A stretch of DNA of 64,000 nucleotides from Harriotta raleighana (Eukaryota). The stretch is from positions 6,298,334 through 6,362,333 of the forward strand of contig JBNZDD010013718.1 in the NCBI GenBank assembly GCA_050575255.1, in the 5' to 3' direction. Both the position numbers and the translations under genes were made by a program. Below are positions 1 to 13,226 of this stretch, piece by piece. Within the stretch, counting starts at the first letter, position 1. Every line of letters starts with the position of its first letter. The notes under the pieces are model-generated. The model saw only the letters and a list, made by a program, of their open reading frames with translations, was not told where the DNA came from and made no database searches.

Positions 1-122
1 TAGTGGTATACTGTTGGTTGTAACACTCACTATGTACTCCAGAAAATATATCAACAAAATATATCAGTACTGCCTCACTCCATTGCAATTCTATTCCTAC
101 AAGCCTGTCACTTTGAACTATA

Positions 123-224
123 TAATAATAATAATCCTTACATTTATATAGCGCTTTCCACATCTCATCAAAGTCTCAAAGCGCTTCACAGATTACAACA
201 ATGTCCCAGAGTAAGGACCAGAGT

Positions 225-259
<35 letters not shown>

Positions 260-730
260 NTACGTGAGTGTGTGTGGGGGGGGGGGGCGAAGTGGTCGTG
301 GTCAGGATCTGGAGAAGAGGGAACGGGGAAAAAGAGGTACGGTCCAGAACAGGGATGGAGGGGTCGTGGTAGGGGAAAGAGAATAGGAAAATTTACTGTA
401 TATTTGTGGGTGAAACTAATTTGTTTTGCCCGTAAAATATACAGTCGGTTCAGTTTGTAGTATTTTCTGTGAAGCGCTTTGAGACATGTGAAGACTTGAA
501 ATGCACTATATTAAAGGCAAGAATTATTATAATTTTTTTGAAGGAATTATTACTCCTAATCTCCGAAAAGCAATCCACCAATCAACCATCACCGAGTTCC
601 TACTTACTGCTTGGTAAACATAGGCGTGTGGAGTAAGGAAACTTGTCCAACATTTTGCCCTGCCAGTAATTGAACCCAGGTCTCTCCCTTGCGAGGTGAG
701 TGCTCTAACCACTGAGCTACAGGACTCCAT
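123..730. mobile_element. Composite of SINE pieces (minus tail plus G-rich tract 123-418, plus tail ~420-530, minus tRNA-like head ~530-730)
   Basis: TGTGAAGCGCTTTGAGAC...(ATT)n tails; head GGAGTCCTGTAGCTCAGTGGTTAGAGCAC on minus. Confidence 0.8.
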
Positions 731-1739
731 TTGTATAGATTTGATAACTGTACCAAACCCTAATTTTGTGCCTTTGTTAAAGCTATCTTAGAGCATCAAT
801 CAAAATGCAAACAGCATTTGTTTACTGTGAAATATGCACTTCTTTGGGTCCGTTCCAACGAAACATTCCCTCTGAACAGTTTAGTTTCGCCTCATGAATA
901 CCATTCAGCTCCAGTGTAGCATGCTGCTGCCTGAATGTTGGGCATGGCTGGGACCACTCAAACCATCACTCAGAAGATTATTGATTCCATTTCCACATGA
1001 CTTAACTACTGACCAAACACCTTAGTAGTCTATTAACACTTTACAGTATACTCTGTGAAATATTTTGAGACTCTCGAGGACGTGACAAGGCGCTAGATGA
1101 AATGTGAGGATTATTATTTCCATTATTTATTATTATTATAATTCACCTTGACATTCTGTAATCTCCATAAACATAAAAAATGGCAATATTTCAGTTGTTC
1201 TTATCCCTCCTCGGGGGGTTTAAAAAAAAATCCGTAATGAATTATAAACCTCTCTAAAGGAGGACTGGAATTGGCTGTTGGCTGCCATTCAATGTCATTT
1301 AATTTCAATCTAGTAATGAAAGAATTATCCAGTGTGTGCACTACTTCCCCTAAGCTTGTTCCAGGATTTAGGTAGGTTCCAGCAAACCAGTCCAATGGGT
1401 GACAATTTTTCACACACTACAAGGAATATGGATGACAGGTAATGAGCACAGTTTCATAGAACATTTACCACATAGACAGAGGCTATTTGGCCCATTGTAT
1501 ATACAGTATCTCTATGCTGGTACTAGCTCCTCCAGTAAGATAAGCACGCGCATCCCATTCTCCTGTTGTTTCCCAGGATTGTTTAATATTAGCTTTTAAC
1601 AAATGTTAAATGCATACAATTATTAGGGGTGAAATCTCACTATAAGAGGGAACTCTGCACTGTATTCATTAAAAGACAATGACACAGACTTGAATTCACA
1701 AAATCGCCAAAATATTCGAGAATGTGTTAGAAACAGTAC

Positions 1740-1819
1740 CTTTGCTGCAGCAAGCAAAAGATCACGGAAAAGACCAGAATTATCTTTCTTAATGGCGCTG
1801 TCCAGATCATTCTTGTGAG
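1740..1819 (-). CDS. ANXA2: ANXA2 exon 7
   Basis: 80 nt; (A)[26 protein letters not shown]; cag/gtactg. Confidence 0.92.
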
Positions 1820-4800
1820 CTGCACAGATAATGGGTTACAGAAAAAATTGTAGAGCGTTTAATGTGAAGACAACAAAATTTAGTAGCCCAAAATGAGGTA
1901 TCAGTGGTATTTTACACAAAGTTAGAATAAAATTCTTTCAAGCTAACTATTTGAATGGTCTACCTAAAGTTTAACATACACTTACAGTTGACTGAACATT
2001 CTATCCAAATTCTGTGCAAAAATATTTTCCAATACCCCACCCCCACCTTTTGTAATTTTTTCAAAATTGTATCTTCTCATTACTGACTCAATGACTGGTG
2101 GAAATAACATATCATTACTTAAGTGATCGTAGTCCTTCATAATCGTCAAGCCCAAGATCATGGCAACCCCATAACTTTCTCAGTTCCACACTAAAAAGAA
2201 GTCTTTGCTTCTCAAACCTCTCTTCATAGCTGAAACCTCTGGTTACTGAAGTGCAATTCGTGACAGAGATAGAAACTGCCCGAGAAATGGTGTCTGGCAA
2301 TTAATGACGCTTCTTTGGATATCCTCACCATTTAGCAGTATGAGTTAAAAATACTGGAAATCCGCCTTCTCCTCTTGAGACTTACCTTCTTTATATGCTT
2401 TTACAATGCTATGAAGTTCCTCATTTGTCCTGGAGCAGAGTATTTCATTGAGTGTGGTTTCAGTGGTGCCCAACCCCTGTAACCAGAAGCATTTATTTAT
2501 TGGCATTACATTCTCAAGCAAAAACGTGACTGCCCCATTTGCCTACAATAGTTTGCATGACAACAAATGAGGGCTGGTATAACTAGAATCATTACGCTTG
2601 GCAGCAATTAACTGCGAAGGGCTTTGGGACGTCTCATGTTTATGGGTGCTTTATCAAATGCGAAGAGAATTAGGTGAGAATATCCACAGAACGGTTCCAG
2701 TGTAGTTGTAACTAGTTGCCACTAGATGGCAAAATAAATTCCTTGAGCAATGTATCTGTGCCAACCCACTCAAGACGCCTCTAAAGATAACAGAATGGGA
2801 TATTTTCAATCAGCAATGAATGAAACTAACAGTGAATGGAACAAACACTATTCCTTATAACAATTGATCTGAAAGCCAGAATTTTTTTAATTTTTTTTTA
2901 AAATATGAGTTTTTCAATTTCTTGTAATTGATTCAATGAACTGCCAGGAGTGTTCTTGATCTCATATGGATCAGGAAGGTCCCAGTTTTGTTCGTTGTTT
3001 GAGGCCTAGTTAATTGATCTTCACCAGGGTTTGAGGGTGGACATTACAATTGCAATTAAAGATCACTGCTCGTCTGAACACTACCCAGTGACTCCTGCTA
3101 GAAGTTATATGTGTATGCAAATAATTTGCATGCAAACTATTTAGGACAGGTATGCCTTAAGGTTTTATATGTTGCATAATTTACCACGTCTCATTTTTGA
3201 AACGTTAAGAAATATTTTCCCCCTAATTCTCTCCTGATAATAGCATTGGCTCAATCTCGGTTTCAATTCCATCCATCCATGTCTGCCATTGCCTTATCCA
3301 ATTTGCCATGCTTCCTTCCTCTTTATGTTTGTGGCCAGACTGTGAGTGGTGCTTATTTGCTTATGGTCACACCAGACCCATTTTCTAACGTGTCTGTTTT
3401 TTAAACGTTGGACTGAATAAACAAGACATAAATATCTGGGTTATAATGGTGGGAAAGGGATGCCGGGCGGGTTGCTGTAATACAACATTCTAGAAAGTGT
3501 GAAAAGGGGGAAATGCACAGCTATGGAGGAAGTCAATAGATCCCTAAACACTGCTTAAATGCAGAATGGACAAAACACTCACCTTCATTGCCTGGTACAA
3601 TTCTTGAGCATCATACTTGGCTGGAGTTTTCATGAGACCTAAAATAACATCCGCCAGATCACCTTTGAGAGAACATTTTAGTTTCTCGTCCAGTTTCTGC
3701 AATAAGAAGTTGTTTCATCATCAACCCTTTACCCTCAGCAAAGTGAATCAAATTAGACTTCCAACTCCTCTAACAGCAATGGATTTGGCGCAGGGAGCAC
3801 ACGTTATAAGAGATTGGCTGCTGCAAGATGCTCTGATCTACCTAAAGAGTTGCCCAGTCAAAGTTGGTTTCTGTTTTCATCCTTCCCCTCCAACACCTGC
3901 CATCAATAAGAACAAAATCCAAATTTACAATATTATTAAGTAGATAAACCCCAAAAAGTCATTTTAGAAATAGGTTGGTCCTGCCAATGTAAAGCTGAAA
4001 TGCACAAATAATATTTGCTGCATGTTCTTGTATAAATACCACAAGGGCTTTTCATCAGAAAAGGATTATTCAGCCCCATTTAATCGGTACATCAAATTCC
4101 TCTTCTCTGTTTACCAAAGCTACTACACCATTTTGTTGCCATGTTTATGAAGGTGAATGATATTTGCACACAGTGCCATGTTTTTCATCAAAAACAGGGT
4201 CCATATGGTCAATGTAGCGTCTACTTTCATGGCTGTTGACTAGATGTTATGCTTTTAAAACATCTAAAACTTAAATTCCTGCTCCAGTCTCAGCTCACTC
4301 CAAAGCACAAAAGCGCACTCACCTTTTTGGTCTTCTTCTCATAAGTGAAAGCAATATCCTGTCGTTGTTCATTGCTCCGTTTTGTCAAAATGTTGATTAT
4401 GGTTAGTTCATCAACACCTACAAAAACAAGTGCGGAACATCATAGACTCAGAGTTAATATCAGGCAGTGCTGGAGCAACATGTTGCCTTGGGAGAGAGAC
4501 TTAGAAACTGCCCTCTGCCACACCTTCACACCTAGGGAATATTTTCCCACAATTACTTTACATTTGCACAGCGCTTTGCATTGTTGGATGGGTGCCTGAG
4601 CTGGTGGTGGGGAGGGGAAAGCAAACCCAAAGCACAATCATAGTATTTTGCAGTTATTCAAAAAGCTAATGTTCTGATAAATACCCCCTATGCAGAGGAT
4701 TAACTATTCAATCAAAATTTAAGCTTGTTCCCTTTCTTTCAGACAATCTCTGAGGTGTGCCTTTACCTGCTCAGGAAGGCATTCTGAAGAATGCTGACTT

Positions 4801-6001
4801 CAGATTTGATGGGTGGGTACAGCTACTAACCCTAAGCTCTGAACTCCTTCCCTCTTCTAATTAGTAACTGCTCACTCTCTCCTTAAATTCCATCTAAAAA
4901 CCTCTCTTCACCATACTAATTACCTTCCCCGCCCTCTTCTCTTCTCTCTTACATAACATCTGACTCTATACTTCTGATTTACTCCAAGACTTTACCCCTA
5001 TGCATTATATAAAGGCAAATATTTGCTGTTTACTTACCTTTGACATCAATCGCTGTAGCCAAGTCATCAGCATCTTTTGCTGCATCAAAGTTTGAGTAGG
5101 GTCTCACAGTGGCTCCCACATGTGTCTGTAAAATAAAGACCATTTAGTTCACATGTTTCAAGGAAAACAGATCAGTCACACAACTTCTACCAAATACTAT
5201 TTTTTTAAAAAACACATTTTGATGTTTCCAATGAAACAAATCATTGACAGAAGATAAAACATGCAGATGCTGAAAATCTGAAATAAAAACAGAAATCGCT
5301 GGAAACACGCCGGAAACATCGAGCTTCCTGGTGTGATGGGAAAGGAATAGAAGGGGTGGGGACAGTGAAGGGGAGAGAAATACAACCAAATCTCATCAAT
5401 CAGTCAAGAAAGCCAACAAAATGAGGTCATTGGTATTATGAGTTTCTGTAATAGTTCTTGGGAGTGGAGTGTGGCCATCAGGCAGCCATGTGAATCATGG
5501 GCTACAAATTAGTATTTCCTCCTGTAGAATATTCCTGGGTGTATTTTGCTAAAAAGAAAATAAAGTGAAATCTGGAACTTCCCATTTCAGTCTATTTACA
5601 TCTATAATCATCTTCTGTGGCTTAGTGGTTAGAGCACTCGCCTTACAAGCATGAGACCTGTGTTCGAATCCAGGCAGATCAGGGCGAAACCTTGGGCAAG
5701 TTTCCTTACTCCACATGCCTAATAATAATCCCTCCAAAAAAACCACAATAATAAAAATTGGTCATTTCAATCTATGACTGTTTGTGCGACACTGCTGTGC
5801 GCAATTGGCTACCGCGTTCCGCCCACAAATATACAGTCAATTCACTTTACAGCATATTCTGTGAAGCGCTTTGGGACGTCGATAAGATGTGAAAAGCGCT
5901 ATATCAAATGCAAGAATTATTATTATTATTATTATAGATACTGTACTTACTTCCTCATAACCTAGACAGATCTCGGCCAATACTTCGTGCACTTTTGCCA
6001 T
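1740..6001 (-). CDS. ANXA2: Annexin A2, 5' part (coding exons 2-7, 173 codons; continues beyond left edge)
   Basis: join(6001-5951,5125-5038,4417-4323,3696-3583,2476-2386,1819-1740) gives [173 protein letters not shown]. Annexin repeats, VHE-x-L head, exon sizes 95/114/91/80 as in ANXA2, syntenic with ICE2 and RORA. Confidence 0.93.
2116..2320 (-). mobile_element. CR1 LINE ORF2 fragment
   Basis: [24 protein letters not shown] resembles the CR1 motif LSYEERL...LFSLERRRLRGD. Confidence 0.65.
2386..2476 (-). CDS. ANXA2: ANXA2 exon 6
   Basis: 91 nt; [30 protein letters not shown]; cag/gtaagt. Confidence 0.95.
3583..3696 (-). CDS. ANXA2: ANXA2 exon 5
   Basis: 114 nt; [38 protein letters not shown]; cag/gtgagt. 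Confidence 0.95.
4323..4417 (-). CDS. ANXA2: ANXA2 exon 4
   Basis: 95 nt; (G)[31 protein letters not shown]; tag/gtgagt. Confidence 0.95.
5038..5125 (-). CDS. ANXA2: ANXA2 exon 3
   Basis: 88 nt; [29 protein letters not shown](G); cag/gtaagt. Confidence 0.92.
5615..5936 (+). mobile_element. Near full-length tRNA-derived SINE (Deu box, L2-type tail)
   Basis: A box TGGCTTAGTGG, B box GTTCGAATCC, GCTGTGCGCAATTGGCT core, tail ending CAAATGCAAG(ATT)n. Confidence 0.9.
5951..6001 (-). CDS. ANXA2: ANXA2 exon 2 coding part (exon starts 6017)
   Basis: cag acceptor 6020-6018; ATG at 6001; [17 protein letters not shown]; gtaagt donor. Confidence 0.9.
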
Positions 6002-8241
6002 TTTGCTTAAAGAGCAGCTGAGGAGAAAAAGAAAATCATTAGCCCACGAAGAGAGTGAGTAACATGGTATCAATCAGACTCAATGCAATAGAGCAGCTGC
6101 CAAAGCTACAAACAAACCGGTTTAAATTTTATTGCACTGACTGAGCTCTTCTGTCCATCATTCATATGTCCTTGGACAGGCTTTCTGTCTCCTCCTCTCC
6201 CGCCTCTGCCAAAACCGCTGTACTCCTCCCACATCCCCGAGTCATGCATACATCATTAAGTCTTTCCTTCCTCTCAATGGAAAGGTTTTCCAAAGTGATT
6301 TTGAAGGGAAAGAATGAATCACATAATTTTTAAAAGAAAAACAGGAAATATGGACGTGATTAGAAACACCTAAACTGCATTACATTAAAATAAAATCACA
6401 TCTATATTCCTATCAAAATTCTCATTTGTGTAGTACAATAATTGCAGGTTGCAATTAACCTGTAGTATACTATATTGACCATTAAGACCAATACTGTACC
6501 CACTGCAGTTTGCAAAAAGCGGCTTCAATTGACTTCACACATTTCTTTACTGAAGTGGCTTTTAAAACTCATAAAACTGGCAAGTAATAGACATTTTACT
6601 GATAATAAAATGTTAATCGCATAATTCCAGCTGTCTGACAAGGTCTACTATGAACAATAATCCTTGCATTTGATATAGCGCTTTTCACATCTTCTAGGCG
6701 TCTAAAAGGGCTTCACAGAATATGCTGTAAAATGAATTAACTGTATAAATGTAGGCAAAACTATGTAGCCCAAACTGATATTTGAGTAAGTGAAGCAACA
6801 TGTGAAAACATGCCCTTCAGAAAACCCAAATGGTACCTAGACATTCAGCAAACACACCCTGTGACAGGGCTTTGTTGGAATTTGGTTGTGGGTGGGTGTG
6901 AGCCTCAGAGCATACCAAGGCAACACCTAGTCAGTCAAATCCACCTAATAATCTTAACAGAAAATTATAACAGACTGATTAGCATTGTTAAGCTTTTTTT
7001 ACATCCCTACAATAAGAATATGGCAAGCCCTCAGTATAACATCAACCTGCAGGCAAGTCTGCATCGCATTCCTGTGATAGAGAAATTTCACATGATTGGG
7101 GCGTTCTGTAAGGAAAGTACAGTTTGCATGAAACAGAATTAGAGCAAACTTTACATTTTATTTTAATACCAGTATACTCCTAAAGATGGTGTGTGCTTTG
7201 GGATTTGGGGCGGGAGGGGTTGGGCTCTATAGAATTTTAAAAATCCTTCAATTTGGAGGTACGATTTACTTTAAAGTATTCTGTCTTTTCTATTAGCAAT
7301 TTTGTGTTGGGCGATTTTAAAAGGTAAACAATTCCGCAGTTACTTGAATCGATTCAAGATGAAAGTGCCTACAAATTACACAGTTACTGCATGCAACAGT
7401 ATATCCTGTGGAGCACACTTGTAGTGAAAAGTGGGATATCATATGCAAGGATTATATCATTATTCCAAATTCAAACCCCTAGCAAGAGACAAGAGTTATC
7501 ATATAAAAAAAACCGCAAATATGTCTCATTGACCATCACATAGTCACATGAGCTGCAAGCACAATTCTGAGCCATAAAATATAATTGTACCTCAGGCACT
7601 AATTCACATCAGCTTTTCTTTTGAGTTATGTTTCAAATAATTCTCCTTCTCCACCCACCAGCTCCCTGACATGTACAGTAACAAATCACTTTAATAGAAA
7701 CAGGCTGAAGCACAAGTTCTCCATGCCAGCCAATGTCCTCTCTGAACTCTGGCATAATCTATGGAAGGAGTCGAGGGGAGGGGGAAGAGAGGGAAAACAT
7801 TGAAGTCACTATAATACTCTATGAGATGCAAACTCTGTAATGTAGATTTGGGAGCAATTGCTTACAAACGGTTTCAAAATCTTCTGAGCTTAGTGTTCAA
7901 TACACCCACAGCAATACATTAATCAAGCATGGATTGGTTTCAGTGTGGANACAGTCTTCCAGCTTAGTGTTCAATACACCCACAGCAATACATTAATCAA
8001 GCATGGATTGGTTTCAGTGTGGAAAGCTGAGATGCATCATTTGAAAATCAGATTCCATCACAGAATGGACCTCAATCTGATAACACAATAAAGTACTTTT
8101 TTTTTTTTTTGCAGGACATTTGTTCTGAACTCTTAAACACTTGTGTTAAAGGCACGACTCGAGTTCATGCATCTCACAAAAGCTGTAACTGATTGGGAAC
8201 GAGAGAGAAAATATACCCTCCAACTGGAGTATCATGCTTAC

Positions 8242-8420
8242 CTTTGCTGTGTCCTCAGCTACTGAGTGCAGACGATCTCAGCTGGAAAAAAAAACTCACT
8301 TCAGCTACAGGGTGGGGTTTTTAAACAGCAGCAGAAAGTGGCCACATCAACAGTTCTATTTCCCCTCCCCTCCCCTCCCCTCTGCTGGAGAAGCCTGTGT
8401 GATGCATAGCAACCAATCCG
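8242..8420 (-). promoter_or_regulatory. ANXA2: Probable ANXA2 core promoter and non-coding exon 1 (~8298-8242)
   Basis: Minus strand: CCAAT box (8413-8417 on +), GGGGA repeats (8362-8380), TTTAAAAA TATA-like (8325-8318), then ~55 nt ending AAAG|gtaagc at 8242/8241. Confidence 0.65.
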
Positions 8421-9224
8421 GTTAAATTTATTCCCCTAACATTGCGGTGATGGAAGAATGAATGACTAATCGCAGACTGAAAAGAAAACGTTACAACCGG
8501 CTCACTTCTCTCGACTTCAGATTGAAATCGTACCATAGAGTCGTGAAACATTCGGCAACCACAGATTTCGAGTGGAATTCAACCAAATGCACAACACAGT
8601 GGATGTACAACAGACATTTTCTGCCTTGGTGTTAATGCAAGTTGTTGTTGTTGTGTTTGCTTCTCTAAGAATACTTCCATTCATAATCCTAGTTACAGTC
8701 TAATATTCAACAGTCAAATGCAAATCAACAAATGAATGTTATTTGTTTTAGTCTATTGCAAAGAGTGGATGAACTCGAGACGTAACTGCTATTAAAATTA
8801 ACTAATACACATTTTCAAAAATCTGTTCCAATCTTTACCTTTCACTTATAAACACTCTGTGAAGGGCGCAATATAAATGCAAATTGGAGTTATAACTTTG
8901 CACCTTCCTCCTAGATACTGGAGAAAGGATGGGTTGACAGATGAACGAGCATGTAATCAAAGGCATGTGGCTTCTTGCTGCAGTAAGATGCCCCACCTTT
9001 CAGCCGCAATGAGAAGACGAATGCTTCAAGCAGGGAGCGTTGCCAAAACTTATCGTACTGATAGGATCCAATCTCAGAAATACTCTTAATTGTAGATCCC
9101 TGTCACACCCCATCTTAGTTTTAAAGATCCTGATAGAGTTAGAAACATTCTGCCGCTTTCTTACAAGAATATTATTCAAAAATGTTTGCCTATATATACA
9201 TAGTCCCTACAGTTCTCGGTATAT

Positions 9225-9460
9225 CAAATTTCGCCTACAAATATACAGTTAATTTTCCTACTCCTTCCCACTACCACGACCCCTTCCCCCTTGCTCTGGC
9301 TCCTACCCTTTTCCCCCCTTCCCTCTTTTTTTTCCTTACCCCGACCCATCCTCCCCCCCGCTCTGGTCCCTACTTTGGGATATTATTGTATTCTGTAAAG
9401 CGCTTTGAGACATCGATAAAATGCGGAAAGCGCTATATAAATCTAAGAATTATTATTATC
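9225..9460 (+). mobile_element. SINE 3' part with internal polypyrimidine tract
   Basis: TTTCGCCTACAAATATACAGT + C/T tract + TGTAAAGCGCTTTGAGAC tail. Confidence 0.75.
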
Positions 9461-10965
9461 AAATGTAAATATTGTTATAACACTGTTCATTCAATTTGTC
9501 AATATTTAATAACATGTTAACTGCAAATAGGACATTGTGTATACAGTTGAAAACTACTGAATAAATTGACTGAAATATTTGGAGGTGGGGCTCTATCACT
9601 CCTTAAATATTATTAATGCCCAAATAAAACATCACACTTTCAGTAGAAATTTCATATATATAGAGTACATTAAATCAGACTCAGGAGGATTATACACCCC
9701 TTCTACCTGCACCAGATTTTATAATATCTATAATAATACTTGCATTTCTTATTATTATAATAAAATCTGCATCACCATTAACTTTTTTTTACTATTTCCT
9801 CTGTTCAGTAAATATAGATGCACACACACACATATTGAAAATACATGCTATTAAAAAAGCAGCAGCAGCTGGGATAATACTGTGAAAGTCAATGATACAT
9901 TTCATAAATGTGAAGAATTCATAATCCAGAATGCACCAAAAAATCTTTAACCACACACACCCTCTCTGTTTATATTGGCTTCTGTCCATCTTAATCCATT
10001 TTAGGGTGTGCACTGGGTATTGCTGGGCGATGCAGACTTGAAGGGGCCTAGGTGAAAACCCCCTGCTTTTTCAAAGCTATCCAATCCCACTGGATATTGC
10101 TAAAATTAGTATCAATGTTATAAAGTGACCTTTATACAACAGCAATTGTTGGATGAATTCCATGGTCAAATTGTCTGATCGCGCACATTATCCATGCTTA
10201 CAAATAGAGAGAGCAATAAGGACTGGCAGGTTATTGACTGCAATGCGTATCCCAGATGAGACCAATCCTGAACTTGCTCAATAACCTCACATGCACATCT
10301 TCCAAGCAATGCTTCGAAACATAAAACAGGCTGCCCTTTTCTCCCTCTGTAATACAGAGGCTTCGGTACTGACCCACTGAGATCAGCAAACTGTACTGAC
10401 AAGAGTTTACACCCATAACGGGTCTAGATGGCCCAGTGCAGTAACCTTGCCATTAATGGAGTTTAAATATCACACAAACACTTTCTAATGTGTTTATAAA
10501 ATAAAACTGCACTATATATTTTTTAAATCACTTATTCCCTACCAAATACAAAAACTGAACTGGGGGTTGGAAGCTGAGGGGGCAGTGAGGTGAAAGATGA
10601 CTGAAAGCAAGGTCAAAATTTCAGTACAATGGTACGTATTGAGATGAATGACACCTCTCACTCAACACTATGAAGTGGCAAGTTTCCCAATACTTGTACA
10701 GTGAAACAAACTGTTATAAATGCATATTGTGGTTGTTGAGGCAACCAATCCATTGCAGCTCATAATATTAATCCTTGCATTTGATAATACTTGAATTTTG
10801 CAGGGAGGTCCAGTAGGATAGTTGCTTTATGTATTCATTGTAAGGGACTGCCTGACAAAGTTTTGACTATTGGCAAAGCTGCTGACTGGCAAAGTCAAGC
10901 AATGTATGGAAAAAAAAAACTATAGTAGCTCCATTGTGTAGGATTACATCCCTGGCCCTCTCGCT

Positions 10966-11790
10966 TCCATGACTGTTTGTGGGACACTGCTGTGCGCAAT
11001 TTGGCTGCCGCGTTTCGCCCACAAATATACAGTCAGTTTTCTTCCCCCGACCCCTCCAGCCACTTGACTGTACAGCGCCTTGGGACGTCCTCCTGACGTG
11101 AAAGGCGCTATATAAATATAATATATAAATAAAAATAAATAAATAAAATAAATAGGATAGGGATAAGAGGGTTACTGAAGGTGCGGTTGAAGAGGATGGT
11201 ATTGAGCCATGCGTTGAATGAGACAAGAGAGGGAAAAAGGCAAGGGGATTGTGTGATGGAGTTAGAAATGATAGGGGCAGATAGGCTGAAAGACTGACCG
11301 CCAATAATAATCCTTGCATTTGACATAGTGCTTTTCATGTCTTCAAGGCGAATCAAAGAACTTCATAGAATATATTATGAAGTAAATTACTATATTTGTG
11401 GGTGAAACGTGGCAGCCAATTGCACACAGCAGTGACGCACAAACAATTGTGGATTGAAACGACCAATTTATTATTGAGTTTTTTCTTGAAGGATTATTAT
11501 CAGGCATGGGAAGTAAGGAAACTTACCCAAGGTTTCACCTGGCCTGGAATCAAACTCCCGTCTCTCAATTAGGTGAGTGCTCTAACCACTGAGGTACAGG
11601 CCTCCACAATGACTAAAAGCCCACTTTACTACAGTGGGGATTAGATGTTGGGGAATATGAAGCAGGTCAGTATTCGCTGAGCAAAGTGAGTAGCCAGGTT
11701 GGTGTGGTTGAAGGAGTTTAGAGATGTAGGGAGGGCGAGACCATGGAGGGATTTGAAAGTGATGCAATAATACAAAGTTGAAAAAGCCTT
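10966..11790. mobile_element. Cluster: plus SINE 3' half (10966-11150), minus L2 ORF2 end (11155-11303), minus SINE (11303-11606), minus L2 fragment (~11610-11790)
   Basis: SINE core and tail motifs; L2-like peptides GGQSFSLSAPIISNS and ITFKSLHGL. Confidence 0.8.
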
Positions 11791-13091
11791 GTCCCAAAAA
11801 GTGCAGATTTGAAAATGTGACCTCATTACAGGAAAACAGGCATTATCCTGGATTAAGTTTATTTTCATTAGAATATGGCCACACCTCGTTGTCACTAGCC
11901 ACGTACATTACTCTCATACAAACAACTTTCCTCCCATAATATCTGATCACATAAAAAAATCCACTAAAATCAAGTTTCCTTTTAGCTTTGCTCCCCCGCG
12001 TCACTTTCCTTCCTAAAATGTGAGACCCAAAAGCTCTGTTGCTGCATTTGTTCAATTTGCTCACGAAAACAGATCGCACAATGGATTCCGATTTCAGTCT
12101 TTACTGAACCAACAGGGGGAAAAAACCTTTCGGAATAACCCCTCAACTGATCAGAATAAAAATAAACACCTGAAAATGGACCGAATCCTAACACAACAAC
12201 TTCGATTTATATAGTGCCCTCCACGCCGGATGGCTTCTCAGAGCTCTTAACACATCTTAAACTGAATTATTTTTACAACGTTATTAAAAGTAAAATAGAA
12301 TCTGTACTACAAAAAGACATACTTTCATTCAAATGGCTCACTTACATTTATCTCATGTGGTCAAAACGATGTTGCCCATTTAAAAATCATGTATGGACAG
12401 TAATTTGCAAGAACCCCATTGTTCCAGGCACAATTCCAAAGTTTTGCTTGTGCTCTCTGACTCATGCTCTGAACTCGTCCATTTAAAGCTCATTTTAAGA
12501 GTAAATGTGTAACAGCAGGCATGCAAATTCTGAAAGTTTCCTGTTTTTGGACCTTTTGTATTGAGTTTTATTTTATTTCACACTGAAACAAATAAGGTCA
12601 AACCACCCGAAGCTGAAAGTTTTCTTTGCTTTTTATTTTGATGTGGGAATCAGTAAATGTTTAACACAATCACGTGTGGACCCAGCCCCCCAGCTCCCCA
12701 AAATTTATTTAATCTCTGCCTTTTGCCAACCACATCTGCACTGAACATCCTAATCTTTTAATCAAGTCCATCTGTAAATGACAAGATTACAAGACGTGCA
12801 GCACATCGATTTATTGATATTTTGGTTTTCTGCAAAGGCAAAAATATGCACTGCATATTCAGGCTGGACGTGGGTATTTTGCATTTACTTGCGATGAAAG
12901 GCTGGCCTCCGACTGAATTCCTTAAAGTTCACTTTCCATTAAAATAAAAACCTAGGCCTTCTCTCTACTTTATATTTATAAAGGAAATAGCTTTGAGCCT
13001 GATAATTGGCAACAGTGGAACAAAATGCTTGTAAATTGCCTTTTGCTGTTAATTCCTCTACTGTTGCCATTCTGCCGTTTTCTTCAGTTGA

Positions 13092-13226
13092 TTAAGTCTT
13101 CTTCCTTGTTTTGTTCTGTGACACACCCTGCTTTCCCTGCGCTGAGCTGGCAGAATTATTTCTCGTTTCCATAGATACTGCTTTGGCTTGAACAGAGCTC
13201 TGTTTGTTTCCTTTGACCGCACCAAT
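13092..13226 (-). CDS. ICE2: ICE2 last coding exon
   Basis: 135 nt; IGAVKGNKQSSVQAKAVSMETRNNSASSAQGKQGVSQNKTRKKT*; VSMET shared with human; not in the ORF track in this frame. Confidence 0.88.
   Translation of the reverse strand: MGAVKGNKQSSVQAKAVSMETRNNSASSAQGKQGVSQNKTRKKT

Noticed and set aside
31-96. AG...GT-bounded segment as candidate ANXA2 exon 8
   Set aside because: The needed frame hits an immediate stop and no frame resembles the annexin linker; exon 8 is probably outside the window
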